NCBI GenBank assembly: GCA_029567325.1
Contig: JAKQLF010000055.1
Span: 1,581 to 65,580, forward strand
Reading direction: 5' to 3'
DNA length: 64,000 nucleotides
Source of the DNA: Bacteroidota bacterium
GTDB taxonomy: Bacteria; Bacteroidota; Bacteroidia; Chitinophagales; Saprospiraceae
Shown: one piece after another, positions 9,740 to 18,470 of the stretch
Layout of the letters: every line of letters starts with the position of its first letter
How positions within the stretch are numbered: position 1 is the stretch's first letter
Notes under the pieces: model-generated
Database searches by the model: none
Seen by the model: the letters and a program-made list of their open reading frames with translations, nothing else
What the model was told of the DNA's origin: nothing
Translations under genes and position numbers: made by a program

Positions 9740-10499
9740 CGTCGATGAAATTGATTTCAGACCAATTTTTTTGCATGTCTTCCAACTGATCATTTACCCA
9801 TGCAACTACCCTATCCTTCAATTCTTCGCCATCAGTATCTGTCATTGGTGGACCAAATTTCAACTTTACTTCTGATTTCCATTTTGAAAATTGCGTAGCA
9901 AACTGGACAAAGAAATTTTCATACCTCCACAAATCAGAGTCGTATTTATATTCCATAGCAACAGGCACAACGGTAATGTTATTGCGGGTAGCTTCCAGAA
10001 AAGAGCCAACTTTAAATGGCAAAGTCTGGTGACTCAGACCGATCGTACCTTCAGGATAAACCAAAACGTTGTATCCATTTTTGATGGTATCAACCATCAT
10101 TTCTCTTACAGCATTTCGAGAGTCCTTATTATTCCTTTTGACATATAATACACCAGTGAGTTTTGCTCCCCAATTGATTACTGGATAATTAGCCACTTCT
10201 GCCTTAGCGATCACATATGCATCTAAATAATTGCACAATACCAAAGGGTCGCTGAATGAGCGGTGATTACACACATATAAAGCGCTTCCCGATTGAGGTT
10301 TTCCTTCATGACTCACCTGGATATTCAGAACGGGTAAACCTACGTACTTCAACCAATTTTTCCGTAATGCAAAAGCTCGTTTCGGATTATCGCCGAAGAT
10401 AGGTTTTGTGATGATGTAATAAAATAACCACAAAAGCATTGCACCAATAACGATGATTGCTCTCAAAAAGGCCAAAATATATCCAAATGGCTGTATCAA
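9720..10499 (-). CDS. 1-acyl-sn-glycerol-3-phosphate (lysophospholipid) acyltransferase family protein
   Basis: N-terminal TM helix, HX4D motif (CNHRSFSDP) and a downstream YPEGT motif. Confidence 0.8.
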   Translation of the reverse strand: MIQPFGYILAFLRAIIVIGAMLLWLFYYIITKPIFGDNPKRAFALRKNWLKYVGLPVLNIQVSHEGKPQSGSALYVCNHRSFSDPLVLCNYLDAYVIAKAEVANYPVINWGAKLTGVLYVKRNNKDSRNAVREMMVDTIKNGYNVLVYPEGTIGLSHQTLPFKVGSFLEATRNNITVVPVAMEYKYDSDLWRYENFFVQFATQFSKWKSEVKLKFGPPMTDTDGEELKDRVVAWVNDQLEDMQKNWSEINFIDDAKTFS

Positions 10500-10503
10500 A
10501 TGT

Positions 10504-12021
10504 TTAAGAAGTTTTCTCTGGTTTCATTTGAGGAAAGAACAGAACATCTTGAATAGAATTTTGATTGGTCATGATCATTGCCAATCGATCCATTCCTATA
10601 CCCAATCCAGCAGTCGGTGGCATTCCATACTCCAACGATCTGAGGAAATCTTCATCCAACATCATGGCTTCTTCATCACCCCTTTTGCCCAATTCTAGTT
10701 GTGACTCAAATCTTTCTCTTTGATCGATAGGATCATTGAGCTCAGAAAAAGAATTACAAATTTCTTTGGCATTGCAGATGGCTTCAAATCTTTCGACAAG
10801 ACCAGGTTTAGTTTTATGTTTTTTGGCAAGCGGAGACATTTCTACAGGATAATCAGTAATAAATGTAGGCTGAATGAGTTTGTGCTCTACGTGTTCACCA
10901 AAAATTTCATCAATGATTTTGCCTTTACCCATGGTATTGTCAACATGCACTTTGAGACTAGCTGCAGCATCCCGCAATTGATCTTCGTCCATTTCTGATA
11001 TGTCAACGCCTGTAAATTCTTGAATGGCTTCATACATGGTATATCGCTTCCATGGAGCTTTGAAGTTGAGGACATTTTCGCCGACTTGCACTTCCGTTGT
11101 TCCATGAAGATCTAAGGCCACTTTTTCGACCATTTCTTCCACTAAGCGCATCATCCACGCATAGTCTTTGTAAGCCACATATAATTCTATCTGAGTGAAT
11201 TCAGGATTGTGAAATCTGCTCATACCTTCATTGCGAAAATCCTTGCTAAACTCATAAACGCCATCATAACCACCAACGATCAACCTTTTGAGGTAAAGCT
11301 CATTGGCTATCCTCATATACAAAGTCATATCGAGGGTATTGTGGTGCGTTTTAAATGGTCTGGCCGCTGCACCGCCGTACAAAGGTTGCAAAACAGGAGT
11401 CTCTACTTCCAAATATCCTTTTTCATTTAGATATTCTCTCATAGAGTTGTACATCCTAGTACGTTGTTCGAATACTTTTCTGACATGAGGATTTACGATT
11501 AAGTCCACATAACGCATTCTGTACCTTTGTTCTGGATCAGTAAAAGCATCGTGCACATTGCCATCAGCATCAGTCTTTACTACAGGTAAGGGTCTCAAAG
11601 TCTTTGAGAGCAATTTCATTGAAGAAACATGCACACTGATTTCACCTACTTGTGTAATGAAAACATGACCGGTGATTCCAATAAAATCGCCCAAGTCCAT
11701 CAATTTCTTGAAAACATCGTTGTACAAGGTTTTATCTTCATCGGGACACAACTCATCCCTGTTTAGATAAATTTGGATACGACCTGTGCTATCCATAATT
11801 TCTGCGAATGAAGCTTTACCCATGATGCGTTTGGACATCAATCTTCCCGCAAGGCTTACATTTGCAAATTGCTCATCTCCTTCTTTATATCCTTCCTTGA
11901 TTTTATCTACCTTCATGTTTACCTCAAAAGTATCACTCGGAAAAGGGTCAATGCCCAAGTCCAACAATTTCTGAAGGTTCTCTCTTCTGATGATTTCTTG
12001 TTCGCTCAAATGTTTTTGCAT
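10504..12021 (-). CDS. lysS: Lysine--tRNA ligase (class II)
   Basis: Full-length class II LysS features: OB-fold N-domain, FRNEG motif 2, and GLGIGMDRL motif 3. The ATG at 12021 ([16 protein letters not shown]) gives the usual N-terminus. The track's GTG start at 12078 is less likely. Confidence 0.9.
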   Translation of the reverse strand: MQKHLSEQEIIRRENLQKLLDLGIDPFPSDTFEVNMKVDKIKEGYKEGDEQFANVSLAGRLMSKRIMGKASFAEIMDSTGRIQIYLNRDELCPDEDKTLYNDVFKKLMDLGDFIGITGHVFITQVGEISVHVSSMKLLSKTLRPLPVVKTDADGNVHDAFTDPEQRYRMRYVDLIVNPHVRKVFEQRTRMYNSMREYLNEKGYLEVETPVLQPLYGGAAARPFKTHHNTLDMTLYMRIANELYLKRLIVGGYDGVYEFSKDFRNEGMSRFHNPEFTQIELYVAYKDYAWMMRLVEEMVEKVALDLHGTTEVQVGENVLNFKAPWKRYTMYEAIQEFTGVDISEMDEDQLRDAAASLKVHVDNTMGKGKIIDEIFGEHVEHKLIQPTFITDYPVEMSPLAKKHKTKPGLVERFEAICNAKEICNSFSELNDPIDQRERFESQLELGKRGDEEAMMLDEDFLRSLEYGMPPTAGLGIGMDRLAMIMTNQNSIQDVLFFPQMKPEKTS

Positions 12022-12152
12022 GCCGCTCAAAGTCTGTTGTTTTTGTAAAAAGTTGTGCAAAAATAATAGCTTAGACACTATGATGAGTCAATGTTGACTT
12101 ATTTTTTGAAAAATAGAGAATGTCAATCAATTATATATTAAATAAAACATAT

Positions 12153-12297
12153 TATAAGTCTGTAGACTTATATTTGAACTTTATAAGTCTGTAGACTTAT
12201 ATTTGCACTTTATAAGTCTGTAGGCTTATAATGATGCTTTATAAGTCTGTAGACTTATATTTGCACTTTATAAGTCTACAGACTTATATTTGTACTT
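12153..12297. repeat. Five exactly phased 29-bp tandem repeats, each with a 20-bp palindrome TATAAGTCT-GT-AGACTTATA
   Basis: Palindromes lie at 12153-12172, 12182-12201, 12211-12230 (one mismatch), 12240-12259 and 12269-12288 (centre flipped to AC). The 9-bp linkers are TTTGAACTT, TTTGCACTT, ATGATGCTT, TTTGCACTT and TTTGTACTT. Positions were counted directly. Confidence 0.95.
12261..12292 (+). promoter_or_regulatory. Candidate Bacteroidota sigma-A promoter for the SatD-like gene (TTG ... TATATTTG), embedded in the repeat array
   Basis: A TATATTTG (TAnnTTTG) box lies at 12285-12292, 28 nt before the ATG at 12320. A TTG at 12261-12263 lies 21 nt upstream of it. Equivalent boxes occur in repeats 1, 2 and 4. 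Confidence 0.4.
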
Positions 12298-12319
12298 TAT
12301 TTGTAAAAACTAAAAAAAC

Positions 12320-12955
12320 ATGATCTTGAAAGCTGTAATTACAGGAGATTTAATATCATCATCAATTTTCAAACCTGAGCAGAGAAAAACAATTCAGATT
12401 CATTTAAAAGATGTGCTTGAAAAAATTTATGCAATTGATGAAACAAAATTCTTTATTTTCAGAGGCGATAGTATACAAGGAATCATAACTAACCCAAAAT
12501 ATGCATTAAGAGATGCCATATTTATTAAAGCTGGATTAAAATCATTGCAATTTGACAAAGGGAAAAGGGCATCAAATGTTGACATCAGATTATCAATCGG
12601 TCTGGGGGAGATATCATTTTATGGAGAATCTATTCAAGAATCTGACGGTCCAGCATTTCATTTTTCAGGAAGAGAGTTGGAAAATTTAAAAAAATCGAAT
12701 CGAAGTTTATCTTTGACAAGTGCAGATGATGGCGAAAACAAAAAATGGCAAGTTATTTTAGGTTTGATGGAAGATGTAATGACAAAATGGACAATATCAT
12801 CAGCAGAAATTGTTTATAATTTATTATTAGTAAATAATGAAGCAGCCATCAGCGAAATTTTAAAAATAAGTCAGCCAGCAGTAAATTTGAGAAAAAAGCA
12901 TGCAGGTTGGGAAGCTATAAAAGCAACCATAGAATATTATGAGCATTCATTTTAA
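12320..12955 (+). CDS. SatD-family protein (nucleotidyl-cyclase-like N-domain plus C-terminal HTH)
   Basis: The N-terminus AVITGDLISS...FIFRGDSIQG resembles the SatD / cyclase-fold pattern. The C-terminal SAEIVYNLLLVNNEAAISEILKISQPAVNLRKK looks like a sigma-70-region-4-type HTH. The family call is from memory. Confidence 0.55.
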   Translation: MILKAVITGDLISSSIFKPEQRKTIQIHLKDVLEKIYAIDETKFFIFRGDSIQGIITNPKYALRDAIFIKAGLKSLQFDKGKRASNVDIRLSIGLGEISFYGESIQESDGPAFHFSGRELENLKKSNRSLSLTSADDGENKKWQVILGLMEDVMTKWTISSAEIVYNLLLVNNEAAISEILKISQPAVNLRKKHAGWEAIKATIEYYEHSF

Positions 12956-12964
12956 AATTGGATA

Positions 12965-13669
12965 ATGATAACCTTATTGAAATTAGTATTGTCTCATTTA
13001 TTGATAAGTTTTTTCATTCTGCCCAAAAAATGGAGTGATGAAAAAGAAGAAAAAGGTTTTAAATCAAAATATTTATACCTGCAGACTGCAATCATTGGAA
13101 TTGGGGCTTTAATTGCCCTTTCAGATATAAAGTATTGGATTATTGTAGTTTTAATTGTTATAAGTCACTTGCTGATTGAAGCCTGTAGAATAAAATTTTT
13201 AAGTGTAAATTTATTATCTTTTCTTTTAGTACAATTTTTACATTTAGTTGTTTTTATTTATTGTGTAACCTATTTAATGGCCGAACCCATTGCGATAAAC
13301 TTTTCTATAAACACTATAAATCTTGCAATAATTGTTGGCTTTCTCTTTATCACTTGCCCTGCTGGTATTATTGTAAATTTAGCAACTAAATCCTGGCAAG
13401 AAGAAATAAATCAAACTAAAGAAGAAAGAGACAGTCTAGAAAATGCAGGAAAATGGATTGGTATTTTCGAGAGAATTTTAATTCTTATTTTTATCCTAAT
13501 AAACGAATCACAGGCGATAGGATTTCTTATAGCGGCTAAATCAATTTTGAGGTTTAGCGATAGAAATCAAGACCGTCAAAGAAAAGAAACTGAATATGTC
13601 TTAATTGGAACACTAATTAGTGTAACAATTGCCATTTGTATAGGAATAGCCTTAAAATCATTGTATTAA
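12965..13669 (+). CDS. DUF3307-family polytopic membrane protein
   Basis: About 6 predicted TM helices. The conserved-looking C-terminal block GKWIGIFERILILIFILINESQAIGFLIAAKSILRF matches my recollection of DUF3307. It starts 9 nt after the SatD-like gene. Confidence 0.55.
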   Translation: MITLLKLVLSHLLISFFILPKKWSDEKEEKGFKSKYLYLQTAIIGIGALIALSDIKYWIIVVLIVISHLLIEACRIKFLSVNLLSFLLVQFLHLVVFIYCVTYLMAEPIAINFSINTINLAIIVGFLFITCPAGIIVNLATKSWQEEINQTKEERDSLENAGKWIGIFERILILIFILINESQAIGFLIAAKSILRFSDRNQDRQRKETEYVLIGTLISVTIAICIGIALKSLY

Positions 13670-13672
13670 TCT

Positions 13673-13945
13673 ATGCTCAAAATAGCATTTCACAACAGCT
13701 ATAAATATGCTTTGCCAGAAGGCCATCGTTTCCCCATGATCAAATATGAACTGATCCCAGAACAATTATTATATGAAGGGACGGTGAATTCAGATAATTT
13801 TTTTATTCCCGATCAGTTGACTTCATCTGAAATTTTATTGACACACTCAGCCGAATATCTCCAAAAACTAGAATCGCAGACGCTATCTGAAAAGGAAATC
13901 AGACGCATTGGTTTTTTCCACTTTAAGAACTTTCAAACTTTATGA
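13673..13945 (+). pseudogene. Histone deacetylase (HDAC/AcuC) family gene remnant: only the first ~81 codons are retained
   Basis: MLKIAFHNSYKYALPEGHRFPMIKYELIPEQLLYEGT...LTHSAEYLQKLE...EIRRIGF is the normal N-terminus of ~300-aa bacterial HDAC-like proteins. The catalytic core is absent. From about 13916 the reading frame is encoded by a tandem repeat (FHFKNFQTL*). Confidence 0.7.
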
Positions 13946-14000
13946 ACTTTCAAACTTTATGAACTTTCCACTTTAAGAGCTTTCAAACTTTATGAACTCT
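13916..14000. repeat. ACTTT-word short tandem repeat (~17-bp units ACTTTCAAACTTTATGA / ACTTTCCACTTTAAGAG)
   Basis: Read directly: TTCCACTTTAAGA ACTTTCAAACTTTATGA ACTTTCAAACTTTATGA ACTTTCCACTTTAAGAG CTTTCAAACTTTATGA ACT. A related copy lies at 48072-48127. Confidence 0.9.
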
Positions 14001-14473
14001 TACCTTTTCTGCTTCAAAGACCAAGAAACCACAAAAGAAGCAACCATTTCTCCCTTTTCATTGATTGCCGTAGAATGCAAATCAAAAGTCCCAGTTCCAG
14101 TTTGCGAAGCCATGATTTTCTTAATTTCATCTTGTACAACAAGGCCATCTTCACAGATAAAACTGATCACTCCAACCGCTTTTTTACTAAAATTAGCTTT
14201 GAAGTCGGTGACTAACATGGACCAATTACCATTACCTTCAATGTGGTGCATGACCAAACCTCCTGTAGAAAGCTCTGCCGAACCACAAAGCGCCGAAAAG
14301 TACATCGATTTAAATGGGTTTTGGTTTGTCCAACCATATTTCGTTTTGACCACACATTTCGCATCATCCAAACTGAATACTTTAACACCCCAAAAAAATA
14401 AACTGGGTAGTTTAGTAAATACAAACCACCGATACTTTAAAGGATTGAGAAGTATGTTACTGATTTTGCTCAT
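14000..14473 (-). CDS. DUF4442-like hotdog-fold (thioesterase-like) protein
   Basis: 157-aa ORF. The N-terminus ...KYRWFVFTKLPSLFFWGVKV... and the central SMYFSALCGSAELSTGGLV fit my recollection of DUF4442. It overlaps the upstream hydrolase gene's 3' end by 17 nt. Confidence 0.5.
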   Translation of the reverse strand: MSKISNILLNPLKYRWFVFTKLPSLFFWGVKVFSLDDAKCVVKTKYGWTNQNPFKSMYFSALCGSAELSTGGLVMHHIEGNGNWSMLVTDFKANFSKKAVGVISFICEDGLVVQDEIKKIMASQTGTGTFDLHSTAINEKGEMVASFVVSWSLKQKR

Positions 14474-15263
14474 TTGTCTTGGGGTTATTTAAATTTTTAA
14501 GGAAAGTTATAGCTATTTCATTAAAAGTTTGTGGTTGCTCAACATTGACCACATGACCACATTGATCAATAACTTTCAAAATCGCTTTTGACTGATTCTT
14601 TACCAAATCACGGATGGGTTCCAAAAACATATAATCTTCACTACCCATGATGAATAGGGTTGGAATTCCGATGTCTTTCGTCCTGTGTATTTTGAGTAAA
14701 TTATTGATGGAAGAAGTCAATTTATACCATCTTACAAATTCTTTTTGTGCCACTTTTCTTGCCTCAAAAACAAACATCGATCTTGCTTCTTTGTGATTCT
14801 TTCTGGGTAAAATGACAAATGCAAACAATTTATACAATAACATGTAGGGAAGAACAGACTTAAACCATTGCCCTAGCTTCATCAAGATTTTGCCTCTAAG
14901 ATTAAACTTCAGGATTGCACCACCTAAAATCATGGAATCGACGCGATCTGGAAAATGTTCGGCTATTTCTCTGATGATGATCGTACCAAGAGATATCCCT
15001 GTAAAATGACTTGATTTTATTTCCAAATGATCCAACACTTCAAGCACTTCCCTACTGATGTCTTTAAAAGTGTAAGAAGATTGAACTTCTCCTTTAGTAG
15101 AGTTGCCGTGTCCTCTCAAATCAATAAGTAGAATTCTATAATGAGCAGAGAATGCCTTGATTTGCTTGAACCAAATAGAAGAACTACCCCCTGCCCCATG
15201 GACAAAAGTAACCCAAGGAGCGTCCTTGTTTTCTTCACCAAATATTTTATAATGTAATAACAT
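14457..15263 (-). CDS. Alpha/beta-fold hydrolase
   Basis: HGAGGSS oxyanion region, DLRGHGNS, nucleophile elbow GISLGT, and a C-terminal CGHV (catalytic His). Confidence 0.8.
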   Translation of the reverse strand: MLLHYKIFGEENKDAPWVTFVHGAGGSSSIWFKQIKAFSAHYRILLIDLRGHGNSTKGEVQSSYTFKDISREVLEVLDHLEIKSSHFTGISLGTIIIREIAEHFPDRVDSMILGGAILKFNLRGKILMKLGQWFKSVLPYMLLYKLFAFVILPRKNHKEARSMFVFEARKVAQKEFVRWYKLTSSINNLLKIHRTKDIGIPTLFIMGSEDYMFLEPIRDLVKNQSKAILKVIDQCGHVVNVEQPQTFNEIAITFLKNLNNPKTNEQNQ

Positions 15264-15344
15264 TTAAAATTCCTAAACAGCTTTTGCCGATAAAAGATCA
15301 AAAATAGCTTATTTCGCCACTTAACAGATACTAAAAAGTCCATT

Positions 15345-16472
15345 TTGGAAATAATCGCAAAAACATTACAAGGATTAGAAGGCATTCTTGCGGGTGAAAT
15401 TGAAGCCTTGGGAGGAACAAATATCACCCCTCTCAAACGAGCTGTGAAGTATGAAGGTGACCTAGAATTACTTTACAAATCAAACTATTTGCTACGTACG
15501 GCTTTGAGAATCATCACTCCTTTCAAAGAGGAAGTAGTAAAAAATGAACATCAACTTTATAAAAAAGTCTATGATTATCCATGGGAAGAATTGTTTTCTG
15601 TCAAAGATTCTTTTTCAATCAATCCGATCGTAAACTCTGAAATTTTCAGGCACTCTCAATATGCTGGTCTAAAAACAAAAGATGCCATTGTGGATCGTTT
15701 TAGGGATAAATTTGGGCGTAGACCCAATGTCAATCCTGTAAATGCTTTGATACAACTAGACCTACACATCAGAGAGGATAAATTGACTTTGTCCTTGGAC
15801 AGCAGTGGCCATTCATTACATATGCGAGGATATAGAATGTACCCTGTAGAAGCCCCGCTCAATGAAGTACTGGCTGCTGGAATTGTAATGCTTTCTGGTT
15901 GGAATGGCACAGATACTTTTGTTGATCCAATGTGTGGTTCTGGCACCATTTTGATCGAAGCAGCGAGAATTGCTGGAAACATTCCGCCACAAAGGAAAGA
16001 TGTTTCCTTTTGCTTTCAGAACTGGACCAATTATGATGTTAAACTTTGGGAGAAAATCATCGCAGAAGCTGATGCAAATATTAAACCTATTGAATGTGAA
16101 ATCCTTGGTTTTGACAAGTCTCTTCAATGTGTCAAAGCATCTGAAACCAATATATTGGAAGCGGGGTTGGAAAACAAAATAAAGGTAAGTCGCAAAGATT
16201 TTTTCTTACAAACCGACCTTCCAAAATGTTTGATCATCACCAATCCTCCTTATGATGAAAGGCTCAAATTGGAAGACGATATGTTGTTCTACAAACAAAT
16301 TGGTGATTTGATGAAAAAACAATTGACGGGGAGCGCCGTTTGGATATTTAGTGGTAACATGGAGGCACTAAAACACGTTGGTTTAAAACCATCCAAAAGA
16401 ATATCTTTGATGAATGGACCCATAGAAGCCGGTTTTTATAAGTTTGAAGTTTATGAAGGTAGTAAAAGATAA
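15345..16472 (+). CDS. THUMP-domain class I SAM-dependent RNA methyltransferase (RlmL/YpsC-like)
   Basis: N-terminal THUMP-like region, DPMCGSGT SAM-binding motif I, and the NPPYDERL catalytic motif. There is no ATG near the N-terminus, so a TTG start at 15345 is assumed. Confidence 0.8.
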   Translation: MEIIAKTLQGLEGILAGEIEALGGTNITPLKRAVKYEGDLELLYKSNYLLRTALRIITPFKEEVVKNEHQLYKKVYDYPWEELFSVKDSFSINPIVNSEIFRHSQYAGLKTKDAIVDRFRDKFGRRPNVNPVNALIQLDLHIREDKLTLSLDSSGHSLHMRGYRMYPVEAPLNEVLAAGIVMLSGWNGTDTFVDPMCGSGTILIEAARIAGNIPPQRKDVSFCFQNWTNYDVKLWEKIIAEADANIKPIECEILGFDKSLQCVKASETNILEAGLENKIKVSRKDFFLQTDLPKCLIITNPPYDERLKLEDDMLFYKQIGDLMKKQLTGSAVWIFSGNMEALKHVGLKPSKRISLMNGPIEAGFYKFEVYEGSKR

Positions 16473-16791
16473 AATATTATTGGTTGCTTTGGTAATGATC
16501 TGCATTTGCGGAAAGAACCTTAGTGCTCAAAGTTTTACTTTTATGAAACCTATATTCCAACTGGAAACACCAGTTTTAATGCCAATCCTATCACCTACTA
16601 GTTTCACTCATTCCGCCGATCGACTATCATTCAAAATAGACCAAAAACTATCCTCAACTAAAAAGGATTATCTAGAAAATCTCCCTCTTTTTTGTAGAAT
16701 GGAGGAGCTGATCTTCAAACAAAGTGGGTTAAACCTAAGGATCAATTTGGGAAGCAATGACCAGGTCAGAAAATTAGAAGGAAAATTTTGA
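16453..16791 (+). CDS. Hypothetical small secreted protein
   Basis: The ATG at 16453 gives MKVVKDKILLVALVMICICGKNLSAQ (signal peptide). It overlaps the previous gene's end by 20 nt. No recognisable domain. Confidence 0.3.
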   Translation: MKVVKDKILLVALVMICICGKNLSAQSFTFMKPIFQLETPVLMPILSPTSFTHSADRLSFKIDQKLSSTKKDYLENLPLFCRMEELIFKQSGLNLRINLGSNDQVRKLEGKF

Positions 16792-16839
16792 AATGGTATT
16801 ATCTTTGTAAACATTAATAAAATTTAAAAATACGTAGAA

Positions 16840-17397
16840 ATGAAAGTTAGAAATTCAATCACATTCTTTGCCATAGCTGCTCTTATCTTTTCTGGATCTG
16901 TTTTTTTTACTTCTTGCTCAGATCCAGTAAAAGGGTGTACAGATCCCAATGCTGAAAATTACAATGCTGATGCTGACGAATCAGACGCAACTCTTTGTAT
17001 ATATTCAAGAGATAAATTCATAGGAGACTATGGTGGAACACTTATTTGCCCAGGTCCTTTGAATGCACAAATAAACAATAGTGTTTATGACTTCAAGATT
17101 CAAGAAAGAGCAGGTGGTACTGTATCAGAAGTTACTGTAGGTGTTTCAGTTTTTGGAGCTCCAGTAAACTTGGCAGCAACTGTTAGTGGTTCGACCATTA
17201 CCATAGACCAAACCATTCCTAATGTTCCATTTACTGCAGCTCCTGGATTAACCATTACAGCAACCATTGTTGCAAAAGGAACAGCAAATTTGGCAGCAGA
17301 TAACAAAACATTAAGTGGTGTACTGAATGTAACAATTACAGCCGCAGCAATAGGTACGATTGCAGACGCATGTCCTATCACAGGTGTAAAAAAATAA
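16840..17397 (+). CDS. Hypothetical lipoprotein
   Basis: Lipobox-like signal (SVFFTSCSDP). The mature region is Thr/Ala/Gly-rich and beta-type. It is followed by a clear terminator. Confidence 0.5.
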   Translation: MKVRNSITFFAIAALIFSGSVFFTSCSDPVKGCTDPNAENYNADADESDATLCIYSRDKFIGDYGGTLICPGPLNAQINNSVYDFKIQERAGGTVSEVTVGVSVFGAPVNLAATVSGSTITIDQTIPNVPFTAAPGLTITATIVAKGTANLAADNKTLSGVLNVTITAAAIGTIADACPITGVKK

Positions 17398-17420
17398 GAT
17401 TTTCATATTTAAATAAAAAA

Positions 17421-17450
17421 GGCATTGGATAATCCGATGCCTTTTTTATT
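17421..17450 (+). terminator. Rho-independent terminator
   Basis: GGCATTGGAT-AAT-CCGATGCC stem (one G-T pair) followed by TTTTTTATTT. Confidence 0.7.
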
Positions 17451-17626
17451 TGTATCCATTTTGTTGAACTTTTATTGATTTGAAAAAAGAAATCTCCGCT
17501 ACAAATGAGATCAAATTTTATGAAATTACATGAAATCAAAAAGAACAATATCGCAATTTTTCAACCACAAACCCAATTTTGCGTTTATGAAGGTAACAAA
17601 TTTAAAAACCGCCTCGTTATCATAAT

Positions 17627-18148
17627 ATGAAGCAATCCATCATATGTTTTTCCTTATCATTAGTGTTTTTCCTGACCTCGTGCTCGAAAGAAAACAACAA
17701 TGTATTTGACTTCAGACTTCAAAGTGTTCTAGAATTACCTGTGGGTTTAAACACAATAGAAACACATTATTTTATATTAAGAGACATCCCAACATTTTAT
17801 GCTGCAAATTTGCAAGCCAGGGGATTGTCTTCAGAAAATGTCAAAATTGTAAACGCTTCCAGAGGTATTTTTACCCCCAGATTTAATGGTTCTGATCTAA
17901 ATTTTATAAGGGCAGTAACGGTAAGCGCAATCAGTAAAAAAGCACCTTATAACAAAATTGAGATGTTTTATCAAGAGGACGTACCATTCAATCAAAATGA
18001 AGAATTGAAAATGTTGACTTCTTTGGGCGATCTTAAAAATTTGATGGCAGAAGAGAAAATAGACTTAGAAATTCGCTTGACTTTCAGGGCTTATCCCCCG
18101 CCTGGATTATCATTGCAACTAGATTATGGCTACTTAGTGCAAATCTAA
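17627..18148 (+). CDS. Hypothetical lipoprotein
   Basis: Signal peptide with lipobox (VFFLTSCSKE). No recognisable domain. Confidence 0.5.
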   Translation: MKQSIICFSLSLVFFLTSCSKENNNVFDFRLQSVLELPVGLNTIETHYFILRDIPTFYAANLQARGLSSENVKIVNASRGIFTPRFNGSDLNFIRAVTVSAISKKAPYNKIEMFYQEDVPFNQNEELKMLTSLGDLKNLMAEEKIDLEIRLTFRAYPPPGLSLQLDYGYLVQI

Positions 18149-18158
18149 ATTAAAAGAT

Positions 18159-18461
18159 ATGATAAAAATCAAATTGTACATGGTGGAATTTGACATTCCA
18201 GAAACCAACCAAGAAGATTGGTTTGACCTCATACCTTTGCAAAGATCCAAAGTGTCCAATTATTTGACAGCAGGTGTCATACTCAATTATGTGCTCAATG
18301 CAGATAGAACCAAATTATGGTTGGTATGCGTAGCAGAAAATGAAAACACTTTACAACATTTGGTAGAAAGTTTACCTCTCACCGCATACTTTTATTACAA
18401 CTACCATGAACTAATGTTGTATGATTCTGTTTCCACCTTCGCGTCTTTCTCCATGAACTAA
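18159..18461 (+). CDS. Hypothetical small cytoplasmic protein
   Basis: 100-aa ORF (alternative start MVEFDIP at 18180), tightly spaced between the lipoprotein gene and the MFS gene. No motif recognised. Confidence 0.4.
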   Translation: MIKIKLYMVEFDIPETNQEDWFDLIPLQRSKVSNYLTAGVILNYVLNADRTKLWLVCVAENENTLQHLVESLPLTAYFYYNYHELMLYDSVSTFASFSMN

Positions 18462-18470
18462 AAGTGCTTT

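Noticed and set aside
12153-12297. Possible CRISPR array (regularly spaced palindromic repeats)
   Set aside because: The 'spacers' are only 9 bp and nearly identical to one another. The period is 29 bp and no cas genes are nearby. It is a tandem repeat or operator array, not a CRISPR.
13992-14492. 166-aa + strand ORF
   Set aside because: It is a complete antisense shadow of the DUF4442-like minus-strand gene. The minus-strand product has the more protein-like sequence and operon context.
15116-15436. 106-aa minus-strand ORF spanning the hydrolase/methyltransferase junction
   Set aside because: It overlaps the 5' ends of two well-supported genes in other frames.
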